Source: Camelus dromedarius (taxonomy: Eukaryota). Taken from it: 64,000 nt of DNA. The DNA is taken from NCBI RefSeq assembly GCF_036321535.1, contig NC_087437.1:6200001-6264000 (forward strand), in the 5' to 3' direction. The notes beneath the pieces are model-generated. The model was not told where the DNA came from and made no database searches. It saw only the letters and a program-made list of their open reading frames with translations. The translations under genes and the position numbers were made by a program. Shown in pieces: positions 55,687-64,000 of the stretch; within the stretch, counting starts at the first letter, position 1; every line of letters begins with the position of its first letter.

Positions 55687-56339
55687 TGCTCAGGACTATG
55701 TTTATCTTTTTCAACGTTTTATTTCCAGCACTCAGAACAATATCTGGTACATAGAAGGCGTTCAAATATTTTTTCAAAGACAAGAAACTTGGAAAGAGTT
55801 ATACACTTAAGAAAAGCCTATACCACTTTAGGTTGCTGATTCCATAATGTTTTGTATGCAAAATAAACAATACTTGCTATAAATCACATTAATAAGTTTT
55901 AGAAACCAGAAATTAAGAATACTTCCTTCATTAAATTTTTACTATGTATCTAAAACATTGTATCAATTGTAAACATCCTTGAGTCTCTGCTCCAATACTA
56001 TGGTCACCAATTTCTGGGGCAAGTAACATCTATTTCCTTAGCTTTCCCTTGCTAAGTGATCTGTGCTCTCAGTTAATGAGGGCATCATAACATGACTCTT
56101 TCACAGAAAACTATCTCCACTTGGTCCTTATGGAAATTCTAATACGGTCGTAAGGAAAGAAAACATGGAAGAAATGAATTTTAAAGTCTTAAAAGAAGAA
56201 AACTTCCAGTACTAGAATAGTCAGTGGCAATAAAACAGATTTCATACATAACAACTTAGACAGGAAGGAGAATGGTAAATGGAGGAAATTCAGCAATTGC
56301 TGATTAACGTAAGGAGAGGAGCTCAAACTGGTAAAACAC

Positions 56340-56620
56340 AGTTCATTCGTCCATTGATTACTTATTGATGGAGTCCATGTGCCAGGCGCTAGGCATACAA
56401 ATGGTTCCCACCCTCACAAGCTTACATTATAGACAAGAAGACGAACAATAAGCAATGAAACTGATGTAGGATTACATCTGAGGGTTAGTACCGTGAAGGA
56501 ATGAAGAATGTCAGAACAATGGCAGGTGAGAAGGCCCAGAGTTTACAGCTGGCTTCACACATTTAAGCAAGGAAGGCAGCTATGAACATTACAACCAAGA
56601 ATGCCATGGAAAACCCCAAA
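56340..56620 (-). mobile_element. L2 3' fragment
   Basis: TTCATTCGTCCATT..TACTTATTGA..ATGTGCCAGGCGCTAGG...CCCTCACAAGCTTACATT. Confidence 0.7.
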
Positions 56621-56624
56621 GAGC

Positions 56625-57317
56625 TGTAAACCAGGAAAAAAAGATTTTTTTCCCTTCTCCCTAAGATGATTTCAGCTAATTAGACCCAAGAACAGGGTTT
56701 AAAAGTAATTAGGATGACTCAGACAGCACCCTATACCTTGGCCCGGTATCTTTAGCAGAGCAAACTCATCTTTTACTCACATCTAAACCCACTTCTACAA
56801 GCAGCATTTTGCAGGAAAGAGGGAGGCACTTTTGTCTTGTCACTTTAGCAAAGCTATATTTTAACTAACCTCCGACTCGAGCACACCTTTCAAATCTTTT
56901 GATCACACAATACTTTGCCTAACCCGTTGGTCCTTTCCTTACATCAAAGAAATAGAAATGAAGAATAAGTAATTAATAGATGACTAGATCGCTTCCCTAC
57001 CTTTCCTCTCAGTAATCTCCTGAACAGACTGTGTGAACAAGACAGTGTCTAAGGAAAGATCACAAGGAGTCGACAAGCCTGCACACAGTGGGAGAAGGTG
57101 ACACATCTGATTCCTCATCTCAATGATCAGCTGAGATTACTTCTTTTTTCTGTTTAGAAACTTTCAAGACCAAGTAGACTCTTTAAAGTTGGTTCTGGGA
57201 CACGAGTCTGCCATCTCCCCAGACTGCCAGCCTTTGCAACCTTTCCGTTCCTACCAGTACTTGTCTCTCAAGTGTTGACTTTTCGAGCCACAATCAGCCA
57301 AGCCTGAGTTTGTAACA
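56625..57317 (+). mobile_element. ERV1-class solo LTR (MER34/MER39-like 3' end); left boundary uncertain
   Basis: Ends ACTTGTCTCTCAAGTGTTGACTTTTCGAGC...CAGCCAAGCCTGAGTTTGTAACA; possible start TGTAAACCAG; no clean TSD seen. Confidence 0.65.
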
Positions 57318-57473
57318 CCTCTGCTATACAGAAAACAATACTAAACGTCGTAATAGGACAACATCGTTTTATTGTTTCAGTAAACTAGTTTACTTAATTT
57401 AATTATTACCAATTTATTCATCAGTAAAGCCAGGCACTCCCTTCTAGTTGTAAAACTCTATGATACGATAAAA

Positions 57474-57532
57474 GGATGGAAGGAAGGAAGGAAGGAAGAC
57501 AGAGACAGAGACAGAGACAGAGAGACAGAGAG
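57474..57532. repeat. Compound (GGAA)n-(GAGACA)n microsatellite
   Basis: Direct reading. Confidence 0.9.
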
Positions 57533-60500
57533 ATTGCTTGAGGATAAAAATTACCAGAGGCAAAAAATAGAGTAGGTAGGATATTCTGAATGTCTTGGAT
57601 TTTTTTTTTAAAGTAGGTTACTGAATATTTTATACATGAAGCTAAAAAGAAAGCTTTGAAACAGGTATTATACAAAAAGGCATTACATCAAGTAATTATC
57701 TGAATACTATAAAAGCTTTAAGTAAGAAGTCATGTAAAATTGAAGCTAAAAACTCTGGCAAAATGTAACAAAATGCTATTCTCAAAAGATACCTAACAGA
57801 GGAAAACATTCTTTCATCATGAGCAACATTCCAATCTCTCATGAGCTTGGGGAAACAACTAGTCATTCTGAGGCTATTACTTTATTAATAGGATACGTTT
57901 CCCTAAATCTTGTTTTCAGTTTAAAATAAAATGATTATTTTTTCATTTAATTAAATCATTAAAAGTTCCGTGCTATGAGTGAATAATAATGAATAGTTGA
58001 ACAAACAGTTTTACTTTTTTTATGGCTTCAATTGAATTACAAGTAATGTGTCAAATATTAATTAACAGCTTTTGATCAAAGATCTTGGAATTTAAGGCAG
58101 TAACTTTTGTATGTGACCAAATTCAGTAGAGTACAGAGGAAATGTTATTCTTTCTATGCTGTTTTCTATTTGAAAAATAAAGCTGTTAAATGTTTAATTC
58201 ATATGGAAAATATGCCCTAAGATTTTACAATATATATATCTAAACAGGTCTTTTTTTCTGCCCTCACCTACTTTCCTCAACCAGCCATGAAAGTAAACCA
58301 ATCATATGCAGTTTTCTCTCTAATATTCCTCTTATGTGGCTATTTTTGCTAATTCTTTCCAGAATACTCAGAATCATTTAAATCAGTAATGTACTGTTTT
58401 TCTATAAATGTTAGAATACAGATTTGAGAAATTAAAGACCTATTTGTTTACTTATGAAATATATAACAGGGATTTTTTTTTTTAAAAAATCAAACAAAAA
58501 ACCATGGCTTCCACGCAGGGAAACCACTGATTAAGTCCAGTGTTTGACTTCTTACAAAATGAGTCATCCAGTTGCCACAAATTCCCTTGTGGGAAAAAAT
58601 GGGTAAAAGGCCTTAAATATGTGCAGAACCCCATCAAAGACATATATTGAAATAAACAAACCATTACTAGAAAGGTGATGATTTTTTCAAGTAAATATGA
58701 CAACCCCATTAAAATGCAACACACGATTTTCTGCAAAGAAAATCTCAGATGAAATAGATGCTTTATATAAAATATTTACATATACAATGCATAAAACCCA
58801 CTACGGTTAGTAACCTTTATGGCTTTGAAGAACTAGATATTTACATATCCTTCTTTCTGCATGTGCGTGTGCGTATGTGTGTTTTGTATATATTTTTAAC
58901 AGTTGACAGCTGTTTTAGAGCATACAGAGATGCCAAGCTGAATGAGGGTCTTGATTACTTCAAGATTAGCTATCTAAAGTTTCTATTCATTTTAAGTGTT
59001 GTTAGTTGGAAGAGTCATTAGTCACTTCCTTGTCTCATAGAACATCAGCATACATTTACATTGTTAATGAACATTTGGGGTAAATGAATTAATGGCACTT
59101 TTAAACATCAATTCAGTCTTAATAACTTTGTATGTCACAGAAATGTTGGCTAGGATATAAACGAAAAGCCTTTTCAGTAAAGGTAACTACTCATTCCTGC
59201 AAACAATAAAAGATAAAATTAATTTAAAATGTTTTTTAACCAATTAAAAAAAAAAAAGAACCTCAATATTTAATGACTAGACCACAGGAAAATATGCACT
59301 TAAGGGGAAAAAAAAAAAAGACAAAAAACCAACCCTATGTTCTGAAATAAGCACACAGACTAGAAAATTCTGGTGAAAATATTAACACAAAAATATATTC
59401 ACTTTTACAATATCTACTTACAGAAGTGCTTATAAATTAATTTGACCTATTTAATTATAAGTACTTCTTACAGATATTACATTTAAGAAAAAACATCACT
59501 AGGGAAGACAGTATTATTGTTACCACTGAATTTTTTTAAATGCTTAAAATTGAAATTGGACACTAATTTTTTCATATTATCAAAACCTTACACAGCAGTC
59601 TAAATAAAAGCAAATATAAAAATAAAAATCATAAAAATAAGTTGCATACTATTTTCATTAAAACCAACAATGGCATCTGTATGATGTGGAAGGTATTAAA
59701 AGATGCAGAAAAGACAAACACACTCCATAAACTCAAGGGCTTGTGTACTAAGGAAATAGCTACTTTAAGAAATCAATTTTTTTTTTTTAGTTCCTAGAAC
59801 ATGAGTTAATGGCAGACCTTTACATCAATAAAGGAAAAAAAAACTGTATTTGAAGTACATAAAACATGTGAATGACTTTGACTAATTATTATTTAAAAAA
59901 AAATAAATCTTATAATCCTGATACATGTATTTATTTAATAAGTGAAAAATCAGTTACTTGAGACAATGAATCAACTTTATCAAATGTTTAGTGAATTAGT
60001 TAAAAACAAGGTAAGGCTTCAATAATTCTCACAAACTCACTGTTTCCTTCTAAGATACTATGCTATTACTAATACTGAGAAACAAATACAGAGTTCTGAA
60101 TACACACACATTTAATACATTTTTATAGGGTAGACCCAGAATATAGTCTGTCTTTTAACAAATTCAATGCATAGATCTTTAAAAGTACAGTAACACAAAT
60201 TTCAATTATTTAAAAAAAGGATATCAGACAAGTCTTTTGTCCTGTAATTATCTCAGTTTGCTGAAAGGAAAAAAAAATCCCTAACACCAAAAGCTTGGAC
60301 TTCTTTAAAAGATGTACAAAGGCCATTTTGCATTTCAACATCCTTATGCTGAAGTAATAAACTGTTTATGCTTTTTTTAAAAGAATGACAGTACATTAAA
60401 CACTTGGCTATCGGTAGTGTGTTTCCATAATTAGAAGTCACCGTTTTGTGGTGTTCATCAGCGTCAGAGCGCTGGACGTCCACCCGAGGAGAAGTCCTCA

Positions 60501-60614
60501 AAGCTGCCCTGCTCATCTCAACCTAGAGAAGGACACCCACAGCAGGCAGGGCTGGCTGGAGACCCTCTGCCAGGCTCCCCAGGGCTGCAGAAGGTATCTG
60601 TGTACAAAACTCAC

Positions 60615-60711
60615 CTCCCGGCTTGCTGGAGTCACTGGACAAGGGGTCGATGCCCACTTCTTGTTCCTCTGGCTCCAGAGGATGTCTTGTTTCAGATAAG
60701 GAAGGATACAT
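60615..60711 (-). CDS. TBC1D5: First coding exon (97 nt of CDS) of TBC1 domain family member 5, the retromer-associated Rab7 GAP
   Basis: Translates to MYPSLSETRHPLEPEEQEVGIDPLSSDSSKPG+G, matching my recollection of the human TBC1D5 N-terminus (MYHSLSETRHPLQPEEQEVGIDPLSSYSNKSGG). It ends at a strong donor GAG|GTGAGT (32 codons + 1 nt), and the start context CATAATGT has A at -3. Confidence 0.95.
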
Positions 60712-60750
60712 TATGAGAACTGGACAATGAATGTCACCAAAAGTGGCTAC
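60712..60750 (-). other. TBC1D5: 5' UTR part of the same TBC1D5 exon; exon starts at 60746 or 60750
   Basis: The pyrimidine tract TTTTTCTCCATGTTTTTCATCTCC is followed by CAG-G-TAG. There is no upstream ATG within this UTR segment. Confidence 0.85.
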
Positions 60751-61039
60751 CTGGGAGATGAAAAACATGGAGAAAAATGATAAATTTTTTTCTTTCTGCT
60801 ATGACTGGGCATAAATGCAAAACTGAAATGATTAAATGAGCATTACAAACAGTAACACGTTTCCCACAGGCTCCAGGGACTGTCAGCACACAATGGCAGG
60901 CACAGGGAAAGAAATGAAAAAGTGGCACAAAATTTCCATTTCAACAATTTCTCCCCAAAGCTGAACTTCACTGGTAACCTTTATCTCAATGTTCAATTAC
61001 ATTTATTTTTCAATAAACTTCTGTACAAAATGTCGAATT

Positions 61040-62030
61040 TAAAGTTAAATTACTGTTGCATTTATAACATCCTTTATTTTACTGCCCAAATAACAATTAT
61101 AACAGGAACTTTCAAAATATAGAAAATATAGCAAACGAAAGTCATTCATAATTGTATTTGCAAAAAGCACCACTGTTAACATTTTAGTTTATTATGCATA
61201 TTCTTCCTGTCTTTGTTCTGGGTATTTAAAATACAGAGTTTTAATGTGATCCACCATGCTAAATACACTGACTATATGAGTTATCGTATTTTCCTTCCCA
61301 TAAAAAAGTCTGTGTGATCACTTCTAATGGATTCGTAGCATTATATCACTGTAACAACCGATGTAACCAATTCCTTATTAGTAAACAGGATGCTTTTGGT
61401 TACTTAACACTATAAACAGCCTCATAATGAGTATCTTTCAGTAATATGTGTTGTACCCATGACTGTTTCCTTAGGATAAATTCCTATAAGCATAATTGCT
61501 GGACCAAAATATGTATTATAAAAAATAATATTTCGTGGTAAGTTTTGGCAAATTATGCTCTAGAAAGATTTTCATATAATAGAACAATTCATTTCCTCTG
61601 GACCCTTCTCAACGGTGAGAATGAGTAACTCCTCTCTTTTTACTGAACCAATATGATAAAGTTTTATATTGCATTTGCTTGATAACTAGTGAGATTACTG
61701 AAGACTTCATATGTTTTCCCTGACATTTGTTACTGTCTTTTGTGTATACAGTTTATTATTATGATTGTCTTCAGGATTTGTAAGCATGCTTTAAATATTA
61801 AGTATATTAAACCTTTGTCATAAGCATATATATATCTTTCTCTGAGTGTGTCTGTCTCCAAATTATATATAGTTTTTGTGGGCATAGTAACTTTTTCATT
61901 TTTATGTACCCAAATATATCTGTATCTCCTTTATGGATTCTGCCTCTCGTATTATGCTTACAAAGGCAAGATTATGTAAATAATTACCTATGTCTTCTTT
62001 TATTGTTTTGAAGGGTTTTCCTTCTCAATT
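61040..62030 (-). mobile_element. Decayed L1ME 3' region
   Basis: CCACTGTTAACATTTT, TTTCCTTAGGATAAATTCCTA...AATTGCTGG and TATTAAACCTTTGTC. Confidence 0.75.
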
Positions 62031-62847
62031 TTCTGCAAAGAATTCCAATTTAAACACAAGATGTTTTAGAAATTAAATTGTTTTTGAACTTCCAAACTAC
62101 ACTACTTATAATTTTTACATGTCTATAAGGTACAAGTGACATTCCCAAATCAGAATCTTCTAAAAAATATACTGGGTTCACTAATTTTCATCCAAAATAA
62201 TGTAAGTAATATAATCTTTCAAATTTCAAGAGCAGGGGGACATGATAGGCAGGGGAAATGTGGAATGCTAAGTTGGAAAAGCAAGTCCAACCAAAATGAG
62301 TATATAATTTTGCAGGATGTAATCTCCACTAATGGAGGAAAGTTCCAGAGAAGCCCGTGAATACACAAATTCTTGTCCCAACACAGAATGCTCCTTTATC
62401 CTGTTTACTTTCTTTCTAAAACTCTCCCTTCTTAAAATCACTCTTGAACATTTTCTGATTTTTATCAGACCCCTCCAACTCTCACCCACCCCAACTCGCA
62501 GTCAGATGTTAACAAATCCTTTCCCCCTCAGATCATGGCAAGAGAAGCGGAGGGTTAGGCAAAATCAGCACTTAGGAAAACAGAACTTTCACTGCCAACA
62601 GACAGTAAGAATTTCAAAAGCCATAAATCCTAAGTTCATAAATCTAAACAGTTGTCAGTTCTTGCTTCTTCTGTGTACAAATCAGTGTACATATATGGAG
62701 CGCTAATTATACAGAAGGAACTCTCGGGAATGTAATCTAGTAGAGGATAGCAAAATGCAGATAATCAATTATAAAACAGATCTGATCAATTCTGCTGACC
62801 AAATGAATGAACAGATTGAAAAACAAAGTCCTTTACTACGGAGAAGT

Positions 62848-63380
62848 AAAGATCACCAAACTCAAACACCTAAAGGGGTCAGGCGAGAAGCATTATTAGC
62901 TACAGTTAACTTCGTCTGAGCAATGAATACATGACAAAAACTACTCTAACCAGTTCAGGTTCACTCATCACTTCATCCTCCCAACAACCCTGTGATGTAC
63001 CTTCATTGTCATTTTCATTTTACCAAGAGAAAACTGAGGTGCAGAGAGATGAAGTAATGTGTTTACAACCACACAACCAGTAGGTGTTGAAGCCAGCACC
63101 CACCCTACCTGGCTCCAGAGCTCCCACTCTACCCCACTATCCATGTGGCTCTCATTAAGTCAAACAGACAAGGTGTACACTAAGGGGGTTTAAGGGGAGG
63201 AGGTCTGTGAACTGCAACATCCTCTTCTCTGCTTCAACATTTTCAAGAAAAGCTAGAAACCCAAAATTTTATGTGAAATCTCTTTAGTTCTGAGAGTTGG
63301 CAAATAATTTATTAAAAAAAAAAAGTGGGTGGAACTGATTAAACACATGTCCAAATTGTATTTGGCCATGGACAACTATT
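62848..63380 (+). mobile_element. MER103C-like hAT element split by a MIR
   Basis: 5' piece CAAACTCAAACACCTAAAGGGGTCAGGC; 3' piece TTTTCAAGAAAAGCTAGAAACCC..TTTTATGTGAAATCTC...GTTGGCAA. Confidence 0.65.
62960..63145 (-). mobile_element. MIR SINE
   Basis: ATCCTCCCAACAACCCTGTGA...CATTTTACCAAGAGAAAACTGAGGTGCAGAGAG...CTGGCTCCAGAGC. Confidence 0.85.
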
Positions 63381-64000
63381 TTAATGTAAAATTCATATTC
63401 TCCATACATTTTGTCATACTCTTTAAAAATACAAAGGTAAACATTTGAAAATGAGTATTACAAGTCAACTGCTGAATTTCCTTAAAACTTCTTTAATATT
63501 CTATACTATGTTTTCATATCATTAATTTCTCATTTTTATAGTATATACTTCCCACTGTTACTTACTATACCTACAATATACAAATAAGGGGATTTTATAC
63601 ATTTTAAACTTTTGAGAAATAAGCAACAAGCAAACTGATATCAAAGCATATTTCAAAAAGCAACATTAAAAAAACCCCTCTTTATAGCTAAAATAAAATA
63701 CAACATGATGATCAAATATTCATTCAAGATGCTCATAGTTGCTTAGGGTCTTTTTAAACTCCTTAGAGAAAGTTAAGATCAAATCATTCACTGATTTTGG
63801 CTTTTATAATAATGTTTTAGAAATTGAGATGTCTATGGTAATACCTAATAACCAGAAAACAAAATTTACTAAATACACCAGTTTACAACCATTCTATAGA
63901 ATCAGGCATCTACTATGTTTTAAATTATTATGCCTATAGATTGAAACTGAGTCACTGAAATACCTTTATATTCAAATAAAGCAAACTTGCTGAACAGTAA

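Larger units (their letters stand above)
53560..55775 (+). mobile_element. Long decayed L2 carrying MER2 and SINE insertions
   Basis: Pyrimidine-rich L2 motifs (CAAATCTTTATCTCCAGCC, TGCAATGGCTTCCTAACT) ending TGGTACATAGAAGGCGTTCAAATATTTT. Another L2 piece lies at about 52150-52520. Confidence 0.75.
1..60614 (-). other. TBC1D5: Large TBC1D5 intron (>60 kb) following the first coding exon
   Basis: Begins with GTGAGT at 60614. I found no sequence encoding the expected next peptide (about DSNKNGRRTSSTLDSEGTFNSY) in the window. Confidence 0.8.

Noticed and set aside
60253..60928. Overlapping ORFs around the TBC1D5 exon, including the 81-aa ORF 60523-60768
   Set aside because: Only 60615-60711 is coding; the extensions read through splice sites or other frames.
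1..64000. CRISPR arrays, operons or other prokaryote-type systems; a nested gene or processed pseudogene
   Set aside because: The sequence is mammalian intronic DNA. I found no repeat-spacer arrays and no long or homologous non-TE ORF.

Overview
Mammalian genomic DNA, AT-rich and CpG-poor. It is most likely from a camelid, judged by two Vic-1-type tRNA-derived SINEs and an artiodactyl-type young L1 3' end. The only protein-coding sequence I can support is the first coding exon of TBC1D5 on the minus strand (ATG at 60711, phase-1 donor after 60615, encoding MYPSLSETRHPLEPEEQEVGIDPLSSDSSKPG-G). The rest is intronic: 1-60614 is the large downstream intron (the next exon was not found) and 60753-64000 is the upstream intron. 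Much of the window is interspersed repeats (L1, L2, MIR, MaLR/ERV LTRs, hAT and TcMar elements, SINEs), often nested. Nearly all ORF-track entries are L1 remnants or chance ORFs. I found no convincing novel multi-gene system. The best leads are a possible GC-biased gene conversion signature in and beside the TBC1D5 exon, a tandem splice acceptor, a chimeric L1 junction and some candidate enhancer patches. Repeat subfamilies, boundaries and ortholog comparisons are from memory and approximate.
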